A stretch of 64,000 bases of DNA from Macrostomum lignano (GCA_002269645.1 NIVC01000940.1:16839-80838), one strand, 5' to 3'; positions 43,829 to 56,285 are shown, counted from the stretch's first letter. The notes: generated from the sequence alone by a model not told the origin. Program-made: numbers and translations.

Positions 43829-46800
43829 ATGGGCAGCAGCTCTGGCGCACCGGAAGGACTCAGCTCGCCCGTGAAGCGGTTCTGCGGCTACACCACCGCC
43901 CACGGGCTGGGCCGCTTCTCCGAGCAGTCCAACCTCATCGGCAGGGTGATCTGGGTCTCCTTCCTGCTCGCCACCTACAGCGGCTTTGCCTACCACCTGT
44001 CCACCCTGTTCGAGAGGTTTCTGCAGGCTCCGGTGCTCACTAAAATGACCGTGTCCACTCTACAGTTCGAGTTCCCGGATGTGTACATCTGCCCAACTAA
44101 CGCCGTTACCATGAGCAGGATTTTTAAAAAGCTGCCCCAAAACGAGGTCACCTTTGGCGAGTTCTTCTTAAAGAAAAGCGTCGAGGAAAAAATCGGAATT
44201 TACTCGTTTGATCTCTCCAGCGGACGGTACGATTTGGAGCTGAACGACATGACGAAGGCTTTGCTGAGCGTTCTGCACAGCATGGAGGAGATCATAATGT
44301 CTTACTTTCAGTTTTTCGATATCGGTGAGTCCTCCTGACTGCTGTGAAGACAGCGCGCACTGTGCAGTCTGGACGAGTTGCTCTTCAAACCATTGCCCTG
44401 AACCCAATCCTAAAACGCAATTTCATTTCTTCAGCCGACGCAGCCAAGTGTCGAAGAACGCCCTCTGGAGAAGAGTACTCCGGGAATGTGAGCTCAGCAG
44501 TTGTCTACGGATTCACCACTATGACTGTGACGTCCATCAACACTTCGGCGTTCACGCCCAGTCCGTACAGAGGCGTCAAGCAGTGCATGAGGTGGAACGA
44601 TGCAGCTCAAAAACTGCTGAGCCTCGGCGAAAGTGGCCTGGCTAACAGACTGCTGGCGCTGAACTTTTCAGACAGCGAGTCCCGGTGCCGCTCGCCGCCT
44701 GGGCTGCCTCTGTCTGAGTTCTTTCCTATCGCTAGCCGTGAGTTTCCATCTGTTTGTCCGATTTGTTTGTCTCGATCAGGTCACACGGATGGAGATTTCC
44801 GGTCCTGCCAACACCACAGGCTCGGTGTTTCGGCACGCCGGCTGCCTTCCCCTTGCGCTGACCAACTCGAGTTCGTTCAACTTCACCTGCTACCGGGGCG
44901 GCTTGAGCTCGCTCGAAACCTGCGCTGAATGCTGCGGCAGGCGCAGCTTCCAGTACATGGCGATCAGCCGCCAGGACTGCTTCTGCGGGAGCAGCATTGG
45001 CGGCTACGAGAACAGCAGCAGCGTGTGCAACGCCTCCTGCCTCCACGACAATTCGGCAATCTGTGGATCGGAAACTGCCGTCACTGTTCTGCAGATTCGG
45101 GACAACGGTAGGTGGGATAGTCGGAGAGCGGGTTAGAGATTGGTTGCTACTCAAAAGTAGCTCAATAAAACCGATAAGTTGACGACCTGGGACAGATTTT
45201 TTATGGTCACTTGTATATTGCTGGCAAAATCAGGTCATTCTGCAGACTCGTAACTCGCAGCTCAAGGCACGCATTCCACTTTGTAGGCAGCAGGCCGTTG
45301 CACGTCGCAAACTTCAGCGACCTGGACGCAATCTCCAGCGGGCCCTACTGCTTTTTCGCGGATGAGCTGAGCGACAAGCTGAACGCTGCATTCTGCGAAA
45401 TTCCCTACTGCCGTGAGTTTCCAACATGTTGCCTGACTTTTCCTTTCAAAGACGACTTCGATTCGTGAATGAAATACTTGACGTTCCATCGCTCAATCCA
45501 GAAATTTCGAGAACCTACGACTGCATCGTGAGCTCCGAGGACAAGCTGACTCAGCAGCAAAGGCTGTCGCGCTACACCGGACGTCGGAACGTCACCAGCA
45601 CTGGCCGGCGGTGCATGCCCTGGAGTCAGCTGTCCACAATTGAGCAAGTTCTCAAGGCGCGCCGCGGTAAGAGCTTCGATTGCATTGCTCACCTGTGCCG
45701 CTGGCAAATTTAATTTCGCCTGATCGAACCAGTCAAATTCCAATTTAGGTTCGGAAGTTGGCTTCATGGACGAAGTGCGGGAAATGCTTATCCAGACTCC
45801 GGACAGGCTTGAAGGCGAGAGCGACAATTACTGCCGTCCGGTTAGCGTTGTGGTCGATTCTGTCAACATCCACGGGCCCAAGGACTTCCAGTAAGCTTCG
45901 TATTGCATCGCAAGTAGCGTATGTGTGCTTGTTGCAGCGCTCCAAAATCTTTCCTATTATTTTTAGGCGGTTTAGCGCCATCGATTCGGAGGTTCCTGTG
46001 TGCATTCCGGAAGATTTCTGGGCCAACATTCCGTCCATTACGATAAAATTTGGCTACCTGTTTAACATGATCTTTCAGACCTGTAATGTGCCACTCTGTT
46101 GTGAGTTGCGCCAGTGACAATTGAGCTGGATCTGTTTCTCGGTTATTATTTATTATTATATTCTAGGCATTGTTTTCAGTGCATTCTGTACCGAATGAAT
46201 TTCTTTAGACACCGAGGTCCCCAGCGTGACAGCCACAATCAGAGACTCCGTCGGTGAGCACCTGCTGGCCCGACAGTTCGGCAGCGACCTCAACGCCGGC
46301 CTCACCGAGTGCAGCTTCGCTGGCCAGAAGTGCACCAAGGACGACTTTTTGAACGTCGCCCACCCGCAGCTGGGCATGTGCCACAAGTTTCTCAAGCAGC
46401 GCTTCACCGCCAACATGACCAGCACGCAGTTGGCGGAGAGCCAGCTGTCCATCAAGTACTTCACGGACTCGACAGACTCCAAGGGTCAGACGGTGTCCAA
46501 CATCGACAAGCTGACGCGGGTGGTGCGAGACAGCCGCGGCTCCGATGCGACTCAGGTCGCATTCAAGGTGAGTCTTCATCGGTCGCTGGGCGTCTCAGTG
46601 TCTCACGCAATCTCTGAGCCTGGCTGCTCAACCGCGAACCCGCAGGCGGTCATCGTCCCGGATAGCTCGTTCCCGTGGGCCTCGAACGGCGTCAATGTGG
46701 CCACCGCTCAGCGCATGGACGTGCATCTTAGATTCGACAAGTACTCCAGACTGTCCACCTCATCGAGGCCTTGCCTTGAGACTACGGAGCCGATCACCTA

Positions 46801-48042
46801 CCGACTGCCGTCATGGAAGCTGTTTACGTCAAATGAGGACTCTGGGTAAAGAAAGCAAAAAGTTTTATTTCCTTATCTTTAGTCTGCAATATTGTAAATA
46901 TCAAAGCTGTTTAAAACTAAAAATTTGCTTCCAGCGTCAACTCGGATGCGCAGGAAATTATGCGATCTTCCAACTGGACGCTGAAGCTGTCTATGTTGCG
47001 CAACGCGCTGCTTAAACTGAACGGCTCAAGGTAAGATTTTGCATAAAACCCTCCTTTTTCGCGCTTCTCTGCTTCTGGGAATTTCAGCATGTCAAATCGA
47101 ATTTTGCAATAATTTTAATCTCCATGACTTCAGCGCACTGACAGTCTCGGGTAGTCAGTTCAAAGTCTCGGACAGAGAGAACTGCGTCAACACTTATGTT
47201 GTCGAAAAATTCACCAACACCTGCCGATGCCTGCCGGGGATGCTTCCCATTCAAGAAGAGCGGTTCAAAAAGCTCAGCTACTGCTTCGACATGTACTCAA
47301 GGGGAAACATTTCGGCCAACACTGAGAAGTGCTACATTGAGCAGGTGTCGAAGATCACGCAGTACCATTTTGAAGCCATGAACGAATGCAAGTCGCCCTG
47401 CAGCAAGACCGACTTCAGCACCCGCTACATCACCTACCCGTGGCCGAACTTGCTCTCGGTGCAGTCTCTCGACTTTCTGAAGAAGTTGGCCGCCGACTTT
47501 GGCTATCGACACGATATCAGCTTGATGAGAGGCGCCTCAAGCATCTACTACCTTTACCTTAAGGCTCAGAACCTCTCTGACACTCCCGTCATCAACCGGA
47601 GCACCGAGGCAATTCAGAGCTTCGAAAGCGAGCTGGCGGCGCTGCAGAACCGCCTGTCTCAGCTGACGGTCCAGGCCTGGCAGTCCCGCGGCCACGAAGT
47701 CTCAGAGGAGGAGGCCTACCCAGCCAAGAACCTGGTGGCCGACATCGGGGGTAAGTGGTCCAGGTTGATCATGCTCAACAAGTCTTTCAGTATTGAAAAA
47801 CCGTTAATACAAAATGAATTTCAGGAGCTCTGGGTCTCTGGTCCGGCATCTCAATCCTAACTATCTGCGAGCTGCTGGAGCTCTTCATCTACCTGGGACA
47901 GGCGCTGGCTGCCAGAGTGCAGGCGCAGCCCCGGATGCAGTCAAAAAACGCCGACGGTCAGCCCGAAGAGTCGGCCAGGCCGGAGTCAGAGATGGTCGCG
48001 CTCGATACGGACGCAGTAAGGCATAATAATGCTCAAGTCTGA
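43829..48042 (+). CDS. DEG/ENaC-family channel A with kringle[WSC]-kringle insert, about 1047 aa; exons 43829-44324, 44435-44737, 44820-45107, 45287-45412, 45502-45666, 45749-45890, 45967-46100, 46209-46567, 46646-46845, 46935-47030, 47134-47750, 47825-48042
   Basis: N-terminal FCGYTTAHG motif; TM1; FPDVYICPTN; CSFAGQKC...HPQLGMC; Cys-rich thumb (CVNTY..C.C....C.......C..PC); EEEAYP..NLVADIGGALGLWSGISILTICELLELF (TM2 with GxS filter). 3144 nt, all junctions phase-compatible. Confidence 0.9.
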
Positions 48043-49114
48043 GCCTCCCAATCCCTGTGTGCGGCCTCCATTCTTGTAAATCTCTCTAAAGCTGTTAGTT
48101 TTGGGTCCTCCCAAGTTGTTTAACCTTTGCCACCGCCAGCACATTAAACAGAACCGCAAACATTGAGGAGACCCTGACTTTGCGCTGCCCTCACCTAACC
48201 TGGAAGTCCCTGGGAACAAGCTTTCAAACTAAAGCTTTCACACAGAAATTTTAATCACCAATTTCTTTGCGGGTCCCAGATTGCATATCTTAGGACTTAG
48301 GACAACAGTGAGGGAGAATTCCATGAGAGTGCATGAGAATGCAGCAGTGTTGAACGCTGTTGCTGGATGATGCAGTTGATTAAGCGAGGCATTGTGGACT
48401 GTGGTCTTTTGGCTGCAGAAATGAATGAAGTGCAAGTGACATTATTATGAAGCTTGGTTGTGGCGGTGCGAGCTTTATACAATATAAAGTACTTTTCACA
48501 TTGCCCGTGCATACTCGTGCATACATGCGTCAAGGTTATCTAGTGACAATAGCGGTTGTAGGATTGAGTTCACCAGCGGGACCTTCTTGGTTAAACCATT
48601 GGGAATGCAGTCGGGATCCCAAAACATATTTTAGAAAATCAATAGCTGCTAGAAATATTGCACTACTCGTAGAAGCGTTTCCTGACGCCAGAGTTTGCAG
48701 CCACACGACAATTGATCACCAAGCATATCCTGCCACATGTTGCACTAGCTGCTAGCGCAGGCCAATATTTGTCACTGAGCTCTTGAGCAGCGAACGGCGG
48801 CAGATCTAGAGGGGAATTTCGGGAATCAGGGATCAGAAATTGGTGGCCTTTGTGGGGAACCTCTGCATGACCAATGGAGTGCCGTACGCAGGAGGCCTAA
48901 TAGGCGTGGTGTCAATAGCTCGTATTTGGTGTCCTTAATTTTCATTGCCTATATGATTTTTTCATTTTAATATCTAATAATAATTTTGGCGTCAACTCAG
49001 ATTAGGGCGTTGAGATCCTTCACCAGGGGTCCGCAGACTCACGCCTGCAAAGCCTCTATCCGGCCCTCGGGTCCTTTGAAACTTCACAATAGCAATCCGG
49101 CCTGCTCACGGCTT

Positions 49115-49275
49115 GTGTCTCTTCTCAGCTCTCTTCTATCTAATCTCCTCTGTCTCTTTCTCTCTCCTCTCTTCTCTTCTCTTCTCTCTTTTCTCTCTCA
49201 TCTCCTCGTCTCTCCTCTCCTTTCTCTTATCTCTCATCTCCCTTCTGTATTCTCTCTCCTCTCTCCCCTCCTCTG
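49115..49275. repeat. CT-rich low-complexity tract
   Basis: Polypyrimidine TCTC runs. Confidence 0.85.
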
Positions 49276-50674
49276 GCCCGCATGGGTTAGGCTCTCTATC
49301 TGACAGGATGCTTACAGGTTTTCAGTGGCTCCCGTACCCCTGTCTCCCAGGCGATGGATGCCCTGCCCAAGAGGTGGCAAAATTTGAGCTCCTGTCGTAG
49401 AACTTGGTTGCCTCTTTCATTTAGTATTTGGAAGCGGGAAATTTATGTAGGGGGCTGATGGTGGCCCCCTCTGCGTACACGCTGGACCCTCACTGGAGTT
49501 TTGCCCCACAATTTCATGGATTTTTGTGCGCCTTCCGTGTTCCATTCAGATTCAGGTGCAGCAAAGAGTGGCCAGCAGTTAAGATTGGCCCCCTTTTCTA
49601 CAAAGCACTCGTAAGCAACTTGATAATTTTACTGTTAACTTTGAGCAACTCAACTAACCCCAGATTTTATGCACTTACCAAACCAGCTTCAAAACTTTTA
49701 TGAATGCACGTGTTATTATTTTTTCTGCTACATGTAAGTGCAGCAGCACAGCATGCTCTCAGCTACTTGCACAACTGTTCTCTACACAATCTTCTCTCTT
49801 GATATTTCTTCGCGTACAACGCTTACCGTCTTATGCCTATTTTCACTTTAATAAAGCCTCTGAACGTCTTTAAAACAAATCTTAAAGTCGTCAAGTCACC
49901 CTATTTTGGTGCAAAGCACGGCTGCATCGTAAATCAAGTCTTGTCTGGCTACTTTATGCAATTAGTAAAATAAATAATGCAGGCACACATGAGCCTATGC
50001 GGTGGAAAGCTATGACCAAGAACTGCTCAAGTAGAAGGATGAGAAACTGCCTCTTGGAAAATTTTGGAGTCAGGTTTTACCAAAACAACACAATACGGAG
50101 ATTGGAGGTTTTCGTTTCTTTGGCACAAATATTGTTATTCCTTGTGATAAAAGGCAGACCCATGTTCATCTTTTGATATTTATTGCCTTTCTTATAACTG
50201 TTGATATTCATAGAGGTCTTTTCGTTTAGAAAATTAGGACTTTATGCTAATTGTATTGATAAAATTTATGAATCTATTTTCATTCTTAGCTTAATGAGTG
50301 TAACAGATTGATAAAACAGATTCATATAATCATTAAAATAGTTGATTTATGCCATTTTTAATGATTTTTAGCCATCAGGATGTAAAATTACAATAGAATC
50401 CTTAATGTTTCTAAATGAAAAACTCTAGGAAAATCAAAAGATGAACATTGGGTCTGTCTCCTATCAAAATTAATTACAACTCTTTGTGCTAAAAATATGA
50501 AAACCTCCAATCTTCGTAATGTATTTTTAGTAAAATCTGCCTCCTGAAATTTTCCAGGAAACGAAGTAGAAGCACTTTGATCGAGAAAAGTTGGTTCCCT
50601 GTTTCGATCCTGTTTCAGGGGGCTCTGGACTGTGATCATACAGAGTGTACAGCGGCCCTGGCTTTCTTATCGTG

Positions 50675-50870
50675 GCGCGAGACAGCTTAGAGGTGACGTA
50701 ACTGGCGCGAGACAGCTTAGAGGTGACGTAACTGTCTCGCGCGAGACAGCTTAGAGGTGACGTAATTGTCTCGCGCGAGACAGCTTAGAGGTGACGTAAC
50801 TGGCGCGAGACAGCTTAGAGGTGACGTAACTGTCTCGCGCGAGACAGCTTAGAGGTGACGTAACTGGCGC
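50675..50870. repeat. 30/34-bp tandem repeat, about 6 copies
   Basis: GCGCGAGACAGCTTAGAGGTGACGTAACTG(TCTC). Confidence 0.93.
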
Positions 50871-51337
50871 GGACACATTGGCACAAAATTCAGACGCATG
50901 AAATTAATTTTTGAAATGATCATAAACAAAAAATAAATTTGTTTAAGCGCGGAGCTACCCCCCCCCCCGATGACTCCCTGCTCTGCACTGGCTAGAGCTG
51001 ATCATCTGAGCCTCATACTGCCCATCCCAGAGCAGTCTGAGTCCAATGCTAGTGCGGCTTGGCAACATTTGTCTCTATTCTCTCTAAACTGCTTGACGGC
51101 TGCAGTGGAGTCGGGGGCAGCCGTACCAGAGCCAGTTAAACAAGCCAGCCGCCACATTTGACATGTAGCAAAACCGAATCTCCGTCGGCGTGAGTTTAAT
51201 GCGAATTGCATTTGTGTGCCATTTCAATGGCACTCTTCTCTCGGGCTCGTAACACACATGAATACTGTTTTACCCAGCTCTGAGTGAGGCGATGGCAGCT
51301 AGACCTCATTGAGCCAATCCAGGCATCACCTGAGCAG

Positions 51338-51707
51338 AGGGGGGCCGTAGCCCAGCGGTAGCGCAGCTGCTCTGGTGTGCCAGCGACCCAGGCTCGATTC
51401 CAAGTGCAGTCACATTAATTTGGGGCTGAATTGGAATCTCGGCTTGGCTCTGCTCGTGCAATTAACGGCCTTGAGAGCCAACCCCCAAGGCGCAGTGAAG
51501 TGTACATGCCTAACGATAATATAAAGTTAGGGCCGCTGTACACTCCTGTGTGAGTGTGTGCCTGCGTACGTATCCACGCGCTTGTATGCCTGCTCAGGGG
51601 AGTCGGCGGAATGGGCAGTAATGCCTCTCGCCGGTTGTGTGCCTATGTCGCTTAAAGTGCGCCAGGGTGCACACAACCCCCCTGCCTCTAAAAAAAATAA
51701 TAAAAAA
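51338..51707 (+). mobile_element. Full-length tRNA-derived SINE
   Basis: A-box TAGCCCAGCGG and B-box GGCTCGATTCC (51391-51401); A-rich tail; 13-bp TSD ATCACCTGAGCAG at 51325-51337 and 51708-51720. Confidence 0.85.
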
Positions 51708-54700
51708 ATCACCTGAGCAGTCAAGGTGAACTCCGGGACTCAAAGCCTCAGTTGGAGTCTCAGTTCGCCTGCCTGACCGGACCGAATTAGGTGCATCTCC
51801 GGGCCCATCACTCATCGAGTGCCTTCATCGAAGAAGTGAACAATTGCTTCCGGATGCCCTCACAGTTAATAGCAGCCAAGGACCATTAATGGAATATAAG
51901 GCACACCATCAAGCAATACTCGACTCCCATATAGCAGCAGCGTCTCAGAGCAGAGTCAGCAGCGGCACTTCCTGCACCGACTGTGGCAGCACGAATCAGT
52001 CGGGACAGCATATGAGCACTGGTATTGATGAGCTGCAGGGGGGGGGGGCTCATGAAATGTCGAGTTAACCCAGAGTCACGCGGTCAGGTAGGACGAGGCT
52101 GACAAGGGGCGCGCGCGCGCACCTCAAAATTCTACGAGAAGTTTGTCTCACCTCCCAACCGTCAACACGATGACTCAACTTCGACCACTGTCTAAGTCAC
52201 TGCTATTCAGCTGAGGTGTGCAGCCGGTCATAGCGTCGCCAATCTGCTGCAGTACATACGAGTCATGTATGCCCAGGTGATTCTAAAATATATTCTCCGC
52301 TCGGAGATCATGACTCCATTTTTGAAGGCATCAAAACAGCATTTTCCTTCCTTTCTGTTGGCAAACGCAGGACCATGGGTTTGTGGATCATTTTTTCAGA
52401 CCCTGCGGCTCAGCTCATTTATCAGAGGGGATCCGTGCAGCAGCCCAGCGGCCTCCCCAGCTCTCAGTCGCCATTTTATGAGGCCAGTTGGGGTAAAGCA
52501 GGCAGGTGCTTTTTCACAATAAAACACGAGCCCTCGGCACCGTCACCTGCATTGCCTGCCGCCTCAATCGGCTGCTGCCGGCTTCTTCTGAGCCATTTGC
52601 ATCGACAAATTTATTTTAATAACCAACCCCTAGCAATAAATTAAACGAGCTGGGCTTTCATAAAAAATCCTTTCCCAGTTTCAACGCCGGGGTCTGGATG
52701 CGGCTGCTCAGCCCTGCAGTCACAGACCGCGGACATGCATGATAATAATTCAACACTACTGTTATATACCATATTTTTAATATTTGTCTCTAATATTCAG
52801 TTGCTGCCATCTTCGTCTGGACTCCCACCCAATAAATTTAGCTGTACTAACAAACCAGCAATTCCTGTATTTAATCGTTGGCTCTCGCTCTGCATGGCTC
52901 AGAGAGTCTGGACCTTCCCGTAGTCTGAGCGTCTGAGGCAGTCGAGCCTTAAGCACAGTTGGATAGGCTTTTCGACTGCACAAGCTCTTTAAGCACAATT
53001 GGATAGGCTTTTCGACTGCACAAGCTCTTTAAGCAGGCCAGCGCCCCATCTGCAGGCTGATCTCGGCCTCTGTTCCTCTGTTTGGAAGATTCCTACAAGC
53101 TCTGGCATCTACTGCGGTGACTGCTTCGACGTTACCGATCTTCCTGTTCCCTGCGCAGAGCCAAACGCCATGACTTCGCGCACCTCCTTACCTGTACCGC
53201 TCATCCTGCGGCTCTCGAGCCGCGGTCGATACTAAATGGATTCCACGCACAGTGGCGAGATTCCCCAAGCTGCCCATCCGTGTGCATCCGAAATTAACCA
53301 GTAGATCAGGGGTAATTTCGATAACTTTTGTAGGCCGTCGGAAATTCGGTCATTCGCTGGAATGCCAGCACTTTGTCTCCCTTGGAGGTCTTTGAAACCG
53401 ACATTGTCGCCGCGAACCGCGAAATTGCGACGGTACACACTGGCCTGCTGCGCACCGCTTTCAAGATCGGCATTTGACCTGAAAGTCAACACGGTGCTTC
53501 ATTGCCGCGCAGGCCTGGTGGTCCGTCCAAAAGTGACCTGCTGCGGCGTCGGCGACTCCAGCTGGGAAACCCCGCGACTTGACTAAATATGGTTCTTCAT
53601 CGCGTCCTGGAGAGCGCACAGAATGCACTGCTGAGGAAAGTCTTCGTATCGGACTACAGTACAGGTGAGGCTGTTTCAGGTGCTCTGTACAGTTTCCTGG
53701 AATTTTCCGAAGCATTTGTCAAGTAACGACTGGCTCCAATCCTGATCTGCTGCTAATGATTGTCTCACCAAAATCAGGTGTCTGGAGCAGCTGCGTCACG
53801 CCACGCCACGTCAAGTCAATTTCATTGCTACTGACACTCAAGAGACGCCCGGTTGTTCACGTTGCGGAGCGATGAAGCTCAGGTTATAAAGATTAGCGGA
53901 GCAGGAAGCCTGGTCGACAGACTGCTGGTGAAGAAGTTCTCGAAAGTGTTCCATCTTCTTATTGGTTCTTGTCCCTGTCTTTGCTATCGTGTCCCACGTC
54001 TACCAAGAGAAGTCTCATGATTGTACTTTTAAAAACTCTTGGCCTACATCTATTAGCCGCCTCACTGCACTGTGCTGTTCCGGTGCACTCCATGGATAAA
54101 TATTTTTAATAGCTTTTCCGTATCTGCCACCATCTGAAGTCGGGCCTGACGCACACAGGCCCGAGCCATTGCGAGGATGATCCATCCTGCGAGCGCCTCA
54201 GCCGGCAGAATCTGGGCAGAAATTTTCATGAGTCAAGAAAAAGCTTGCAAAAGAAGCAGCTCTGATCGAGTTGTTGCTTGTTATTCTTAGAAATGAGCTC
54301 TGCCACTCCAGCAGCATCGATACAGATCTGGATGCTCGGGGCTTTTGTGCTTTTAACATGATTTCGAAAATTCCGCTGTGAGCAGTCTTCGAGCAAGCAG
54401 ACAAGCAACAAAGGTTGATAAGCTGAGAGCGTCAAAGACCGGCTCTGGACTTCGAAAAAACTAATTAATAAGATTTATTTAATTCCGAGCTAATTCCATA
54501 GTGAACAAAACTGCACTGCCGCACAGGAGAGCCAGTGAGCCGACAGGCAACTGAAAATGAAGCCAGAGGGCAGGCAGAAGCACTCAGACTAAGCCAGAGA
54601 GCAGTCATCCAATTTAGTTTGATCATGGGGCTTGAGGCACTACCGCGAGGCGACAGTCGACTCAAAGCCGGTGAAGGGGCAGCAGTCATGCGCATTCCAC

Positions 54701-55003
54701 TGAACCCCTGACCACCCACTTGCACACCGCTGACCACCCACTTGTCCCTCACAGTCCTCAAACTCCATACTCATTGTTCCCTAATCATAATTAACTGATA
54801 ACAATTGGCATATAGCCATTTACCAATGAAATGTGTAGCATTCAATGCATTAGCGAGACATAGAATTGTGTGAGGCGAGCGCGGACTACTGAGCTGAGAT
54901 TCTGAAGATGCTGCAACAGAGCGAAAGTCAGAGTGGGGACCGCATTCACAGCACGGGCTGCAGTTACATGTATGTAGTGCAGAAATAAAACAGATTGTAC
55001 CCA

Positions 55004-55337
55004 CAGGAGGTCAGAGAACTAAAATGCAACAAAAGCGACATCACTGTACCTACAGGAGGTCAGAGAGCTAAAATGCAACAAAAACGACATCACTGTACCT
55101 ACAGGAGGTCAGAGAACTAAAATGCAACAAAAGCGACATCACTGTAACTACAGGAGGTCAGAGAACTAAAATGCAACAAAAACGACATCACTGTAACTAC
55201 AGGAGGTCAGAGAGCTAAAATGCAACAAAAACGACATCACTGTAACTACAGGAGGTCAGAGAACTAAAATGCAACAAAAGCGACATCACTGTAACTACAG
55301 GAGGTCCGAGAACTAAAATACAACAAAAGCGACATCA
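55004..55337. repeat. 49-bp minisatellite, about 7 copies
   Basis: CAGGAGGTCAGAGAACTAAAATGCAACAAAAGCGACATCACTGTAACTA. Confidence 0.95.
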
Positions 55338-56069
55338 GTCCCGCTGCTGACTTTCGCGTCTCTGTCTGGGCTGGGCAGCAGCTCATACAGATGGCCAGAC
55401 CAGCACCAACAAAAAGTACATCCGGCTTTCCAGTGAGCATGCAGCTCTGCTCAATGGGTTCGATGTGCTCTGTCCTCTTGGATTCCCAGTCTCCCAGGGC
55501 TTCACATTGGATGGCATCGCTGCCTGCGCACGCGGCGGGGGCAGTATAAGTAACTTAAATCAGAATTCAAAATCAGATTCTGATGAAGTCCGACACATCC
55601 ACCAAAGTACCTGGGTTTGATTCCGAAAATGTGCCGGGGGCTTGTCTCAAATGCTCTGTGCACAAGCGAGGCGTGATCCTGGCCTCCTCGCTGGATTCGC
55701 GGGTGTCCGTCAGCAATCAGTAAGCCGCACAGCATGCCTATAAAATTATGCAAAATGCGCGCGGTTTCGATTTCGCTCGATTTTTAAGCCCAATAATTGG
55801 CGCCAGCAACTGTCCCAATAGACGATGATGAATCGTGCAGACTCGAAAAAATTTCCTTCCAAAGTGCTCGAGTGCGGAAAAGTACTTCTCATATGCAGAG
55901 CACACTACAGTTCTACGAGCTAGTTTGCAATCAGCAGCTTTAAACATGCTGGGGTAACGAGGACCACTATGCTAGTAGAAGTAGAGCGACATGCCAGGTT
56001 GCTACTCTTTATAGTAGTACGTAATGCTGTTTAAGTAGCCAGCTGTCCTAACGCGTTAATCATAACCAC

Positions 56070-56285
56070 ATCAAGCATCGGCTGAGGAGTTGAGCATCCG
56101 GCTCTCACTCTGCGACCCATGGCATTCATTCGGCTGTCGGGGATTTCTGTGCGATTCAATCGCATGAGGACCAACCACCAAGGCGCAGAGACTACAAGCC
56201 TGACGATTAGAAAGCCAGAGCCGCTGTACACCCTGTGTGAGCGTGTATGAGTGCGTGCCTGCGTACAGTGTTGGCGCGCTTGTAA
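56070..56285 (+). mobile_element. Diverged partial copy of the 51338 SINE family
   Basis: CCAACCACCAAGGCGCAG...GCCGCTGTACACCCTGTGTGAG...GCCTGCGTAC...CGCGCTTGTA aligns with 51478-51587; the 5' boundary is approximate. Confidence 0.65.

Noticed and set aside
44780-44928. Nearer acceptor GATCAG at 44779 for channel A exon 3 (and TGCAG at 45245 for exon 4)
   Set aside because: They put the WSC or kringle out of frame; acceptors at 44819 and 45286 are phase-compatible and match homologous positions in paralog B
51338-51410. tRNA gene calls here and at 57530-57604
   Set aside because: No complete cloverleaf or acceptor stem; they continue into SINE bodies with an A-tail or TSD
53230-54450. Possible decayed transposon coding sequence on the minus strand
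   Set aside because: No diagnostic motif, TIR or TSD could be identified by eye
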